Part shown: piece after piece, positions 1 to 23,300 of the stretch | Layout: each line of letters begins with the position of its first letter | Numbering within the stretch: position 1 is the stretch's first letter | NCBI GenBank assembly: GCA_963810095.1 | Contig: CAWEMM010000011.1 | Coordinates: 128,001-192,000 of the forward strand | Direction of reading: 5' to 3' | Source: an uncultured Chloroflexia bacterium | GTDB lineage: Bacteria; Chloroflexota; Anaerolineae; CG2-30-64-16 | DNA: 64,000 nucleotides | Notes under the pieces: model-generated | Told to the model about the DNA's origin: nothing | Database searches by the model: none | Seen by the model: the letters and a program-made list of their open reading frames with translations, nothing else | Position numbers and translations under genes: made by a program

Positions 1-11710
<11,710 letters not shown>

Positions 11711-11714
<4 letters not shown>

Positions 11715-12822
11715 TGGATAACATCATAGGTATCGCCTATCCTGAGTGGCGCGAGCTGCGCCGGGAGGTGAACAGCCTGGACAGCGGACGGGACGGGGTC
11801 GACCCGGACAAGAAGCAGTTAGCCCGCCGCCTGACCATCATGAGCCTGTGGGTGGCGTGGCGCAGCCGGGGTGAAACCCGCATGTTTGGCGAAGCCGTGG
11901 CGAAGACCGAGGTGCCCGACCCTGTCTTCATTCTGGGCCACTGGCGCAGCGGGACCACCCTGCTCCATAATATGATGGCCCTGGACGATCAGTTTGCCTA
12001 CCCCCGCATCTACCAGGTCTCGAACCCACACACCTTCTTGCGCATGCCCATCGAACGCATCGTCGAGCGCCAGAAGCAGACCTCCCAAAAACGAACGCGG
12101 CCGATGGACAACGTCGAGTTTGACCTGATGAGCGCGGCCGAGGACGAGTTCGCCACCTGCCCGATGAGCATCCGCTCGCACATGATCGCATGGTCGTTCT
12201 TACGACAGGAGCCTTTCTACGATCGCTTCCTGACCTTCCGGGAGGCGCCCCGAGAAGACTACGAGAGGTGGCGGAAATCGTTGGTCTGGTTCCTCAAGAA
12301 GGTTGTCTACAAGTACGACTGCTGCCGGCCTTTGCTCAAGTCGCCGCAGCATACGGGGCGAATCCGTTTCTTGCTCGAGCAGTTCCCCAATGCGCGTTTC
12401 GTCCATGTCCGGCGTAATCCGTACGTGGTGTTCCGCTCCACCCAGCGCCTCTACGACACGGGCATCCTGCCGCATGCGTTCCAGTCCTCCCCCGGCCCCG
12501 ACTTCGCCGTCGACGGCATCCTGCGCCGCTACAAGGAGATGTACGATGCCTTCTTCGAAGACCGGGCGCTGATCCCGGCCGGCCACTACACGGAGATTGC
12601 CTTCGAGGACCTCGAACAAGACATGATCGGGACCGTGGCTCGCACGCGTACGATGCAGTAGGCCTGGATGGTTATGCGCAGACAGAGCCAAAGCTGAAGG
12701 CGTTCGTCGCATCACAGAAGGACTACCAGAAGAATAAGCACCCGCAGATCGAAGAAGGGCTGCGCCAGCGCATCTATTCGACGTGGCAGCGGGCCTTCGA
12801 GGAATTCGGCTACCCTGCGTGA
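11711..12822 (+). CDS. PAPS-dependent sulfotransferase (Sulfotransfer_3/Stf3-like), frameshift near 12650
   Basis: 5'-PSB motif PVFILGHWRSGTTLLH and LLKSP..H...FPNARFVHVRRNP..V..S. The C-terminus continues in another frame from 12661 (GLDGY...YQKNKH...FEEFGYPA*, TGA ends 12822). Overlaps the NRPS stop. Confidence 0.9.
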
Positions 12823-12873
12823 CCGGGCAAGTTTCTGCGCAGCATCGCACCAACTGACGACTAAGGAGACGGC

Positions 12874-14208
12874 ATGCAAGAGCCGCACGACATGCAAGAG
12901 CCCGACAAGCTGTTCAATCGCAACTTTGTGCTGCAGTGGCAGGGCCAGACGATCAGCCGGCTGGGCTCTCAGATATTCATGGCCGGCCTGCTCTTCTGGA
13001 TCAAGGGCGCCACCGGCTCGCCCGCGCTTATGGGCACGATCGCAATGGTCTCCAGCCTGCCTGGCGTGATCCTGATGCCGGTCGGCGGCGCGCTGGCAGA
13101 CCGCTTTCCGCGCCGCGTAATTATCATCCTCGGCGACCTGATTCGGGGCTTGGCGCTCCTCGGACTGACCGCGCTGATGGTGCTGCAGCCTCAAGCCATT
13201 CCCGCCATCCTCGCCGGCCTCTTCATCGTGTCGGTGATCAACGGCATTATCGGTTCGTTCTTCGGCCCCGCGCTGGCCGCCACCATCCCCGATCTCGTCC
13301 CGCAGTCCCGCGTGACGGCTGCCAATTCCCTCGGCCAGCTTTCACTGCAGGGGTCGCTGTTCATCGGGCAGGCCCTGGGCGGATGGCTCTTCGAAATGGT
13401 CGGCGCAGTCTGGCTCTTTCTGATCAACAGCCTCTCGTTCCTGTACTCGTCGGGCAGCGAGGTGCTGGTCAAGATCCCGCAGACCATTCCCGAGCGGAAG
13501 GGCAACTGGCGCGAGCAGTTCCGCACGTTCGGCCGGGAAATCCTGGAGGGCTTCCATTACGTGTGGGCGAAGCCCGGGCTGCGTGAGATGCTCTTCCTGT
13601 CGGCCGCGCTGAGCTTCTTTACCGCGCCCATCCTCGTGCTGATGCCGTTCTACGTTGAGGATACACTGCACGCAACCGCCAGGTGGTACGGGTTCCTCCT
13701 GTCGGGCTTCGCGGTCGGCACGATTCTCGGCTACGCGCTTGCGGGCGTCCTTCGGCTGCGCGCCACCCGCCGGGGCGCGGTCATGATGGTGATCTCCGTC
13801 CTTGTCCCGCTCGGGTTCATCGGCCTGGGTCTGGTCCGCACGACGGGCGCCGCGCTGGCCCTGACCATCCTGGGCGGCCTGGCGACGGGGTATGTCACGG
13901 TGAATATCACCGCCCTGATCCAGGTGACGACCCCCAGCGAGATTCGCGGCCGGGTTGTCGGCCTGCTCGCCGCGCTGTCGAGCGCACTCACTCCGATCGG
14001 CAGCGGGCTTGCCGGCATCGTCGCGGAGTTGCTGGGCAAAAATGTGGCGGTCGTCTTCATTGCGTGCGGCGCGCTCACCGCGGCGGTCGCGGTCTTCCTT
14101 TCGACACGCCGCAGCTACCGGGCTATAATGTCGACCGAGTTCGACCAGGCCCGCCAGCAGCGGCCCAGGCCGTCGAGGCCACCCGAACCAAAGCTGCCGC
14201 CGGCGTAA
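12874..14208 (+). CDS. MFS transporter (macrolide-efflux/DHA3-like), probable product exporter
   Basis: About 12 hydrophobic helices, GGALADRFPRR motif A, TPSEIRGRV, RBS AAGGAG upstream. Confidence 0.9.
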   Translation: MQEPHDMQEPDKLFNRNFVLQWQGQTISRLGSQIFMAGLLFWIKGATGSPALMGTIAMVSSLPGVILMPVGGALADRFPRRVIIILGDLIRGLALLGLTALMVLQPQAIPAILAGLFIVSVINGIIGSFFGPALAATIPDLVPQSRVTAANSLGQLSLQGSLFIGQALGGWLFEMVGAVWLFLINSLSFLYSSGSEVLVKIPQTIPERKGNWREQFRTFGREILEGFHYVWAKPGLREMLFLSAALSFFTAPILVLMPFYVEDTLHATARWYGFLLSGFAVGTILGYALAGVLRLRATRRGAVMMVISVLVPLGFIGLGLVRTTGAALALTILGGLATGYVTVNITALIQVTTPSEIRGRVVGLLAALSSALTPIGSGLAGIVAELLGKNVAVVFIACGALTAAVAVFLSTRRSYRAIMSTEFDQARQQRPRPSRPPEPKLPPA

Positions 14209-14225
14209 GCGAGACGAAACCACCG

Positions 14226-15002
14226 ATGACCAGCGCAACGCCAAACAAGTTCAATACCTGGATCTCGTGCCCGCGACCCAACGCAGCCGCCCGGGTGCGG
14301 TTGTTCTGTTTCCCTTACTCGGGTGCAGCCGCGAATGTTTTCTATCCGTGGTCCGACGTGCTGCCTGCAACCTGGGAAGTCTGCCCGGTGCAACTGCCCG
14401 GCCACGGAACGCGGCTAAACGAGCCGCTGGAAAAGCGCCTCGCCCTGCAGGTCGAAGCCGCGGCTGCCGGCCTCGCGCCGTACCTGGACAAGCCATACGC
14501 GTTCTTCGGCCACAGCATGGGCGCGCTGCTGGCGTTCGAGCTGACCCGCCACCTGCGCCAGGCCTCGGCGCCCCTGCCGCTCCACCTTTTCGTCTCGGGC
14601 CACCAGGCCCCCCAGCTCCCCGACCGCAACCCGCCGCTGCACGGGCTGCCGCACGACGAGTTCGTCGCCCGGCTGCGCGAGTTGAACGGCACGCCCGAAG
14701 AAGTGCTGAAGCACACCGAGCTCCTGCAATTGCTGGTGCCGATCCTGCGCGCGGACTTCGAGGTCTGCGAGACTTACGTGTATCCATCTGAACCGCCGCT
14801 GTCTGTCCCCATTTCCGCTTACAGCGGCCTGGGCGATGACTATGTGAACCGCGCCGAACTTGACGCGTGGCGCGAGCAGACAACCGGCACGTTCAGCGTC
14901 CGGATGTTTCCCGGCGATCATTTCTACATCAACACCGCGCGCCCGTACCTGCTCCAGGCGCTGGCGCGCGAACTCGAACAGACGCTCGCGACCCGGGCAT
15001 AG
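14226..15002 (+). CDS. Type II (editing) thioesterase
   Basis: [34 protein letters not shown] at 14226 is in frame with ORF 13683..15002. Confidence 0.93.
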   Translation: MTSATPNKFNTWISCPRPNAAARVRLFCFPYSGAAANVFYPWSDVLPATWEVCPVQLPGHGTRLNEPLEKRLALQVEAAAAGLAPYLDKPYAFFGHSMGALLAFELTRHLRQASAPLPLHLFVSGHQAPQLPDRNPPLHGLPHDEFVARLRELNGTPEEVLKHTELLQLLVPILRADFEVCETYVYPSEPPLSVPISAYSGLGDDYVNRAELDAWREQTTGTFSVRMFPGDHFYINTARPYLLQALARELEQTLATRA

Positions 15003-15064
15003 CACCGCAGCGAGCAATACACCCGTTTTCCGCGCAACTTTATCGTTGCGCAACAGGAGGCAAC

Positions 15065-15286
15065 ATGGGCTGGGACGATCGTGAGGACACCACGGTTTAC
15101 CGGGTGGTCGTGAACTATGAGGAGCAATACTCCATCTGGCCGGTGGACCGCGAGATCCCCGCGGGCTGGCGCGATGGGGGCAAGAGCGGACCGAAAGCGG
15201 AGTGCCTGGCCTACATCAAGGAAGTCTGGACCGACATGCGGCCGCTTAGCCTGCGCAAGCAGATGGATGAGGCGCAAGGGGAGTAG
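15065..15286 (+). CDS. mbtH: MbtH-like protein
   Basis: [12 protein letters not shown]...P.GW...[18 protein letters not shown], with RBS AGGAGG at ~15055. Confidence 0.97.
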   Translation: MGWDDREDTTVYRVVVNYEEQYSIWPVDREIPAGWRDGGKSGPKAECLAYIKEVWTDMRPLSLRKQMDEAQGE

Positions 15287-15299
15287 GAAGGGACGGCGG

Positions 15300-16103
15300 G
15301 TGCAGCCGCTTGCTCTGGCTGCATCCGCCCCCGCCGGCACGATGCTGCTTCCCCTCTGGGCGCCGCCAACCCGACTCTTCCCACTTGGACCGGCTGGTCT
15401 CCACCTGTGGCTCGTCGAACTCGAGCTCTCGCCGCACGAGCTCGAGCAGGCGCGCCAGGTGCTCACCGCCGGCGAGGTCGAACGCGCCCGGCGGTTCCAT
15501 TTCGACCATGACCGGCGCCGCTTTGTCGCCGCGCACGCCGCGCTGCGTACGGTCCTGGCGCAGTACGCCGGTCTTGCGCCGCGCCAGCTTGCCTTCCTGG
15601 CCACCCCTCATGGCAAGCCGTACCTCTCCCCCGACGTCAAGTATGCCGTCCCCGACCTGGCGTTCAACCTCTCGCATTCTGGCGAGCTTGCCCTCATCGC
15701 CGTCACCGCCGGTCGCCGTGTGGGCGTCGATATCGAGCTCATCCGGCCCGCGCTGGCCGAGGGCAACATCGCAGAGCGCTTCTTCTCTCCCGGCGAAGCG
15801 TGTGAGCTGGCCGCGCTGCCCGAGCACGAACGAGCCAGCGCCTTCTTCCGCTGCTGGACACGTAAAGAAGCGTTTGTCAAGGCCCGCGGCGAGGGCCTCT
15901 CGCTCCCTCTCGCCAGCTTCGACGTATCCCTGCGGCCCGACCGGCCGGCCGCCCTGCTTCGCACTTCACCAGACCCAGACGAAGCGGGCCGGTGGACCCT
16001 GGATGCTGTGCCTATCGACACCGAAGCGGAGTATGAGGCAGCAGTCGTCGTCGAAGGCCCACTGGCAGAAACGGCCCTCTGGAGGTTTCTTAGAAATACT
16101 TAA
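15300..16103 (+). CDS. Sfp-type 4'-phosphopantetheinyl transferase
   Basis: GKP, FNLSHSG, VGVDIE and FFRCWTRKEAFVKARGEGL motifs. Start codon uncertain (GTG 15300 or ATG 15342). Confidence 0.92.
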   Translation: MQPLALAASAPAGTMLLPLWAPPTRLFPLGPAGLHLWLVELELSPHELEQARQVLTAGEVERARRFHFDHDRRRFVAAHAALRTVLAQYAGLAPRQLAFLATPHGKPYLSPDVKYAVPDLAFNLSHSGELALIAVTAGRRVGVDIELIRPALAEGNIAERFFSPGEACELAALPEHERASAFFRCWTRKEAFVKARGEGLSLPLASFDVSLRPDRPAALLRTSPDPDEAGRWTLDAVPIDTEAEYEAAVVVEGPLAETALWRFLRNT

Positions 16104-16223
16104 GAACCCTCCGTATCCTTCCGCGAATTCCCCCGTTGATGGAGTAAGTAACCGGTTTCAGATGCATTGCAGTTGCAGGCACGCAGACATCGCGGCCGGC
16201 AACGTGTCCCTAAGGAGACGCAG

Positions 16224-16748
16224 ATGGACGAGCACGAGCTCCTTCGCCGCTACCATGCCGGGGAGCGCGATTTCATGGGCGCAAAGCTTGCATTCTCGCA
16301 CCTGTCGGGCAGCAAGCTTCACGGCGCCAACTTGAGCGGGGTAAGTCTTTTCTCGGCGCGCTTGAGCGGCGCGGATCTGGCGGATACGGATCTGCGCGGT
16401 GCAAACCTGACGGGCGCCGAACTCGATGGGGCAAATCTCACGGGTGCGAAGCTGAATGCCGCCTCCCTTACCGGCGCAAATCTCGCCCGGGCCGACCTGC
16501 GGGGCGCGCGCACCGATCTGAGCGCGGCCAACCTGGCCTGGGCCAATCTCGGCGGCGCACGCTTGGCCGCGGCCAACCTGAGCGGGGCCAACCTGACCGG
16601 CGCACAGCTCGCGCATGCCGACCTGAGCGGCGCGGACCTGAGCGGCGCCGATCTTACGGACGCGGTCCTTGACGGCGCGATCCTGCGAGGTGTGAACTTC
16701 GCTAACGCCCGCCTGGCGGGCTCGTCGCTGGCCGGCGCGCTGCGCTAA
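16224..16748 (+). CDS. Pentapeptide repeat protein
   Basis: A(D/N)L(S/T)G repeats throughout, N-terminal LLRRYHAGERDF cap, RBS AAGGAG. Confidence 0.92.
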   Translation: MDEHELLRRYHAGERDFMGAKLAFSHLSGSKLHGANLSGVSLFSARLSGADLADTDLRGANLTGAELDGANLTGAKLNAASLTGANLARADLRGARTDLSAANLAWANLGGARLAAANLSGANLTGAQLAHADLSGADLSGADLTDAVLDGAILRGVNFANARLAGSSLAGALR

Positions 16749-16787
16749 CTCACGCCCGCAGGGGCTACGTTCGCATCTCTTCCACGC

Positions 16788-16832
16788 CGCAGCTCACGGA
16801 AGGGGAACAGGCGGCTCCTTCCGTGAGCTGCG
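16788..16832. terminator. Hairpin downstream of the NRPS cluster
   Basis: cgcagctcacggaagg...ccttccgtgagctgcg inverted repeat, no clear U-tract. Confidence 0.55.
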
Positions 16833-16860
16833 GTCGCGTGTTGCGCCAGGCGCCGGGAGA

Positions 16861-16902
16861 ACAGAGAGGGGAGCGGCCGGTGCGGCACGCTCCCCTCTCT
16901 GT
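16861..16902. terminator. Hairpin between convergent operons
   Basis: acagagaggggagcg...cgctcccctctctgt, 15-bp perfect arms just after the stop of the minus-strand surface-protein gene. Confidence 0.6.
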
Positions 16903-16927
16903 CGTCAGTTAGGCGGTGCCGGCTACC

Positions 16928-18506
16928 TCACGGCGTGCCGGCGGTCAGGCCGAACTCGAACAGGCCGACACGATTCGAAGGCGCCGCGGCGTCGGTCGTA
17001 CCCAGGCGGCCGTAGACGATATAGTATCTCGTGTCGGCCGGCAGGCCACGTACGGTGAGATCGTCGTACTGCCAGGGTGCGGCCGCATCCGTCGCATCGA
17101 CCACGAAGCCGCCGGTGGCCGAGGTGAAGTACGGGTTGGTCGGGTGCGCCAGGACGTGCGCCGCGTTGTTGGGCGCCGGATTCGTCCACGTCAGCCGCAC
17201 GTCTGCCGTGTTGAGGGGTGCGATGGCGAGGCCGGTCGCGGCCGGCACGGCGCACCGGGCGCGATGTAGTTGCCGCTGGCGTCGAACTCCCAGATGTGGT
17301 CTTCGACCTCGCCGAATTCGATGGGACCGCTCGGCGCGGGAACAGGCGTAGGCGTCCCCGCGACAGTTCTGCCAGATGCGGCAGCGGGCGGGGAAGGAAT
17401 TGGGCCAGGTCAGGCCCGCCGGAATGGTGATGCCGCGGGTCTTGGTTGTAGGGTTGATGATGCACGTTGCTTACGATGGTTTCGCCCGAGTCAGTCCACA
17501 CGCCGTTCTTGTTGAAGTCGATCCAGCAGCCGATGCGGGCGTTGGTTGGTGCCGACGATCGAAAAGTTCAGCGAGCCGCTGCCGTCGCTCCAGGTGTTGG
17601 TCGCGTCCGGGTAGATGCCTTGTTCGTCGTTAGGGCGTCGTGCCGTTCGTGTCGTCCGCGTCCGATGCTGCGTTCTGCAGGTTACCGGCATCAGCATCCA
17701 CGGCTTCATTTCCAAATCGCAGCGGCTGCCCGCCCGGCGTACCTGGGGCACAATACCGTGGCGTGCGCCGTCGCACTGCAGCCCGGTGAGTTGTCGGACT
17801 GCCGCAGGTCGCGGGCGGCAGTGCAGGCATACGTCTGGCCGTGTCGCCGTAGTCCATGGGGTTCGACAGGTCCGCTGCCGTCGAAGCCTGGTCGACCACA
17901 GAATCCCGTTGCACGTTGCTTGGTGCTCCAGCCGATACTGATCGGCGCGTGCTCCCGCGGCAGCCGGGATAAAGCAGGTACAGCGGCACGCCCCACTCGA
18001 TGCTGGCGCCGGCCGCGTCGGATGGTGGTCACCGCTGACCGCCCCGACGAACGTGAGCACACCGCTCGAGTTGGGGTGGCCGGGATACACGTTGACCGTT
18101 CCGTCCGGCGAAGAAGATAATCAGGCGGTCGCCCATCCGGTCCGTTCACAATGCGGTCGTTGAAAAGGCCGTCATGATTGCAGTCAATGCCCCCGACCGC
18201 TCGAAAGTTCGTGCCGGCAAGAGCAGGCGTGCCAATCGTATCGATGCGGAAGTAGATGTTCGTCCCGTCGTACCGCACCCAGGCCTTGGCAATTTCATTC
18301 CGATCGGTGATGGATCGGTTGTTGTTGGTATCCGTGTAGTTGGCGGTACCCCACGCGGCCGTGTCAATCGTGCCCGTCGCGAATTCGATCGTCGTCCACG
18401 CGGCGAATGCGGCCGACGCGACGGCAAGTCCGGTTGCGAGCACGCCAACGAAAACGAGCCAGCGCACCAGGCTGCGCTTGGATCGGGACCGTGCTTCCTT
18501 GGTCAT
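16928..18506 (-). CDS. Secreted GEVED-domain protein, multiply frameshifted
   Basis: Signal peptide (RWLVFVGVLATGLAVASAAFA). Fragments DYGD, DEQGI, IDFNKNGVW and a literal GEVED at 17299-17313. C-terminal domain ends SNRVGLFEFGLTAGTP. RBS GGAGGA. Confidence 0.75.
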
Positions 18507-18538
18507 ACGCGTTCCTCCCTCTCGACAAGAATTGGGTG

Positions 18539-20279
18539 CTAGGGATGGTTTACCACTAGTTGATACGGGCTTGTGGCAGAGAAACCCGAGCCGACGAACA
18601 CGCGGACGTAGTAGTCGCCCGCCGCGCCGTACGCGCCCACCTCGTACGGGGCCGTCGTGTCGGTCATCAAGGTGTTGGCAATGTTGTCATAGTACAACAC
18701 CACCCGCACGGTCTCGCCCACCATGCCATCGACCCGGGCCGTGATTGCGCCGGCTTGGGTCATTTGCACGTGGAAGAAGTCACTTGAGTCGTTGGGCAGC
18801 GCGTAGACCGCTGCATCGCTGGTCAAACCGCCGTTGGCCTGCGTAAGCACATTGTTCGGTTCCGTCTCCCAACTCACCGCAGCACTGCGCACCTCGGACC
18901 AGGGGCTTGTGCCGCCGAAGTTGCGCGCTCGGACGCGGTAGTAGAAGGTGCCGATGCCGCGGCTGGGCATGTGAAACGAGGCGCTCTCGCCGGTATAGAC
19001 GATCTGGGTTGTTCCGGCAAAATCCGCGTTCTGCCCCTGCTCAACTTCGTAGACGTAGGCGTCATAGATCGGCGTCCACGAAATCAGGTAACTCGGACTT
19101 CCACCGGGCGGCTCGATCGCCATGAGTGAAGGCGCCAGCGGTGGCTGCAGATCAGCCGGCAGTTGGAGCACCAGCGGGAGATACACATTGGGCACACGGG
19201 TGGCCTCAGGCGTTCCCGTTTCGGTGGCCGTCGCAGTGGGCGTAAACGACTCGGCCGGAGTGGGGGTATCGGTGGCCGTAGGGCCCTCAGTGGCCGTCGG
19301 GCTCGGCGTGGGCGTCTCCGTTGGGGTTGCGGTGGGCGTAGACGTCACCTCGGACGTCGGCGTATCGGTCGGAGCCGGCGTGGACGTCGCGGCACGCACG
19401 CCGAAGTTGACCACCTTGTTCGTCGGGAAAACCAGGGTGACCGGCACCTGTGTCGGGCTCGTAGCTGCGTAGCCCGCCGGCAGCTGGACGGAGACGGTGT
19501 AGACGCCCGCGGCAGCCGTCGGGAACTCGTAGTAGCCGGCCGCGAAAGTGGTTGCCTGCCTCCGCAGCTTCGGGTCGTCTGGCCGCGGCACCAGGTCCAC
19601 CTTGACACCGCTCACCCCCGACGTCTCGTTGGGGTTACGGATGCCGTCCCCGTTTTGGTCAAGAAATACATGACCGGTCAGCGGAATGACAACCTTGACG
19701 GTGACTTTGTCGGTGCGCGATAACTGGGTCCCGTCGCCATCGACGGCCGTCCAGGTCGCAGTGTTTGTAACATCCTGGAGCAGCGCAGGCGGGAGCCCGG
19801 CGAGACCGATCTGTCCGCTGGGTGGGAGATTGAACACTGCGGGACCCGGGCTGCCCAGCTTGTCGTCGACAAGCGTGTGGGTGATCCACGTCGTAGTCCC
19901 GTTGTTTGTTACGATGTAGCAGTACGCCACCGTCGTGCTGTACCACACGGTCAGCGAGTCGACCGCGCCCACGCACCCCCCCTGCGCGTCAAAGTCCGAT
20001 CGCAGCATGACCTTCTTGTCGAACCGAAAATCGGGTGCCGCGGGCTGGTCGGGCGAAGCCGGGGCCGGTCCGGTTATCCGCCTGCCCCATCCCGAAGGCA
20101 GGCAGCAGACGGAACTCGGTCGAACCCGCCCCGGCCGCGCCGGCCACAGCGTCGGCGAGCGGCCCGGCCGGCCGCGCCGGCGCCGCCAGCACTGCCAGTA
20201 CAAGGGCAGCGGACAGCCCGGCACCCACCAGTATGAGTGTCAGCAAGCCGGCAGTCCGGCGCAATCCGCTTCTCACCAA
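18539..20279 (-). CDS. Secreted protein: DUF11-like Ig, SdrD B-like, Thr-Pro linker, YLPL motif, Fn3-like and PPC-like domains, frameshift near the N-terminus
   Basis: Signal peptide in ORF 19989..20279. Body in 18539..20224 has GHVFLDQNGDG..NPNETSGVSGV, VYLPLVLQ, YYRVRARN and WETEPNN. Confidence 0.8.
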
Positions 20280-20306
20280 GCCTCCTCGAGCCGCCGTGCG
20301 CTCAAG

Positions 20307-23300
20307 CTAGCGCTGAATCAAAGGCAGATAGAGCCGCGTCAGGTCCCCATTGAAGACCGAATTGCTGCGCGATTGATAGCTGCCGCCATCGAAAGACCAG
20401 TACGCATAGGCGCCCCGATTTAGAACGCTGACGGAATTCCCCACGGCTCGCGGCGCAGCACCCGCAGGCAGCGGGAGATAGATGTCAGGCACCGGCGGAG
20501 CGAGCGGCGTCTCGGGCGTAGGAGTGTCGGTATCGACCGGCGCCGGCACAGGCGTATCCGTCGGCGTGAGCGTATACGTGGCAGTTGGCGGCTCAGGCGT
20601 GTCGGTCGGCGTGAGCGTGTACGTGGCAGTTGGCGGCACAGGCGTGTCCGTCGGCGTCCACGTCGGTGTCCAGGTGGCAGTGTCCGTTGGCGTCCACGTC
20701 GGTGTCGACGTAGCAGTGTCGGTCGGCGTCCAAGTAGGCGTCCACGTCGGTGTCCAGGTGGCGGTGTCAGTGGGCGTCCAAGTGGGCGTATGGGTGGGCG
20801 TGGGCGTATTCGTCGGGGTGTTGGTCGGCGTGTTGGATGGCGTACTCGTCGGTGTGTAAGTAGGTGTGTTGGTTGGCGTATTGGTCGGCGTCGGCGTCCA
20901 TGCAAGGTAATTCGCAGTGACCGTTACGTCCAGCGTGGACGGCGTGAAGGAAGTCGCCGGCGAAGTGCTGCCCCCAAGACTGCCCGAGGTTGCGGTCCAG
21001 TTATTGAAGTTGAAACCCGTGTTGACCGAGGCCGATATCGCGATCGCGACGCCCGGCTGATACTTCGTGCCGCCGCCGGGGCAGTTGGGCGCACCCACGC
21101 TCACGACACCCGCGCCGAGGGGCGACACCGCCGTCGTCACCGCGACGCATGCCTGGAAGTTCGCTGTGACGCTCTTGTTCGCGCTCATCGAAACGCCGGT
21201 TGGATTCGCGGAGCCGGTAACGTCGCCGCTCCAGCTGCTGAACCCATAGTCCGTCGCAGGGCTGGCCGTCAGTTGCACGAACGTGTTCGGCACATATTTC
21301 GTGCCGCCCTTGCAATTGGGCGCCGGCGCTGCCCCCACCGTCCCTGACCCGCTCGGGCTTACACCCTTGCTGAGGGAATAGCACCCCGCGAAGCGGGCGG
21401 TCAGGCTCTTCTCGCCGTCCATGGTAATCGTGATCGGATTGGCCCGGCTGTCCTGGCTAAGCGGCACGTCGCCGCTCCAGTAGTCGAAGGCGTAATCGTT
21501 CTCGGGCGCAGCCGTGAGCTGGACGACCGTGCCGTACTTGTATTGGCCGGCGGCAGTCGTGCAGTTCGGGGCAACGTTCGCGCTGATCGTGCCCGCACCG
21601 GCCGGCAACACTCCGGACGTGAGCGTAAAGCACGCGTCGATGAAGTTCGCCTGGACCGCCTTGTCCGCGTTCATCGTGATCGTGGTCGGATTTGCCGTGC
21701 CGGTGACGTCGCCGCTCCATTGGTCAAACACGTAGCCGGTGTTCGCGCTGGCGGTCAACGCCACACTCGTGCCCGGCAGGTAACGGTCGCCTCCGCAGTT
21801 CGGCGCGGGGCTCTTCCCGATGGACCCGGCGCCAAACGGACTCGGCGCAGCCGAGAGGATCTTGCACGTATCGTAGTTAGCCGTTACGGTCGAATTCGCC
21901 GTGCCCAGCGTCAGGGTGGTATTGGGCGAGGTGGGTGCGGCCACGCTCCCGCTGCTCGCAGACCACTGCTTGAACACATCGTAGGCGCTGGACGAGCTCG
22001 TGCTGATGTTTACCGTGCTGTTTGGCGCGTATTTCGTGCCGCCGCCGGGGCAGTTAGGCGCGCTATCCACCTTCGCCGTTGCACCGGTTCCGCCCGAAGT
22101 CGCTACGGTGACCCCAACGCACGAGAGGAAGTTGGCGGTGACTGTCTTCGCGGCATCCATCGTCACGCTTGTAGGGTTGGCGGAGACCGACGAGACCGGC
22201 CCGCTCCAATCCTTGAATGCGAAGTCGATCGCGGGCGCAGCCGTGAGGTTCACGACGGTACCCGGGTTGTACATGTTCGTGCCGCCACCCTGGCAGTTCG
22301 GCGCGACGTCACGGTTGACCGCGCCGCCGCCGGCTGGGTTCGATTGCGTCGTCAGGGGAAAGCATGCTGTGAAGTTCGCCGTGACGCTCTTGTTCGCCGT
22401 CATACTGACCGTGACAGGGCTCACGGCGCCGCTCGCATCACCCGTCCAACTGCTGAACTTGTAGCCCGACGCCGGGTTGGCCGTGAGGCTAACGTTCGTC
22501 CCATAGGTGTACTTAGTCGCGTCGGCCGCGCAATTGGGCGCAGGCAACGGCACAACCGCGCCACTGCTCGCCGGGCTCACCGTAGTCGCCAGGCTGAAGC
22601 ACGAGATCTCGAAGAGCGCCGTGACGTTCTTGTTCGCGTCCATCGTGATCGTGACGGGGTTCTTCTTTTGATCCGCAGTCGGAACGTCGCCGCTCCACTG
22701 TTGGAAGGTCTTGCCTGTCACCGGCACCGCCTCGAGGGTCACCGCGGTCCCGGGCAGATAGCGGTCCACACCGCAGTTCGGCGCGGTCTTTACCGAGACA
22801 GAACCGTCAGCCGCAGGCTGAGCCGCGGTCGTCAACGTCTTGCACTCGTCGTAGTTAGCGGTGGCCTTGGCATCAGTCGTGCCCAACGAAAGCGTCGTGT
22901 TCTGGGCGGTGGCGCTGCCGAGCGACCCGCTTGTCGTGGTCCAGTTCTTAAAGAGGAAGTACGCGCTTGCCGGGCTGGTGGTGATGTTCACCTGCGTGTT
23001 GGGCTTGTACTTGGTGCCGCCCTGGCAGTTCGGCGCAGTCGTCACGCTTGAGGTGCCGCCGCCGGTCGGATTGATCGCCGTGGACGCAGCGACACACGCT
23101 TCGAAATCCGCCGTCACCGACCGAGCCGCACTCATGGTCACCGAGGCCGGGCTGGTGCTGCCGGTGACGTCCCCGCTCCAGCTCTTGAAGTTCCAGTTGC
23201 TCGCCGGGCTCGCCGTCAGGTTAACGACCGTGCCCGGGTTGTACAGGTTCGCGCCCCCGCCCTGACAGTTCGGCGCGACGCTGGCGCTCACGGTGCCCGA

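Noticed and set aside
20510-20900. CRISPR-like or VNTR array
   Set aside because: Degenerate 12-bp coding repeats for a Thr-Pro linker, with no constant repeat plus unique spacers and no cas genes.
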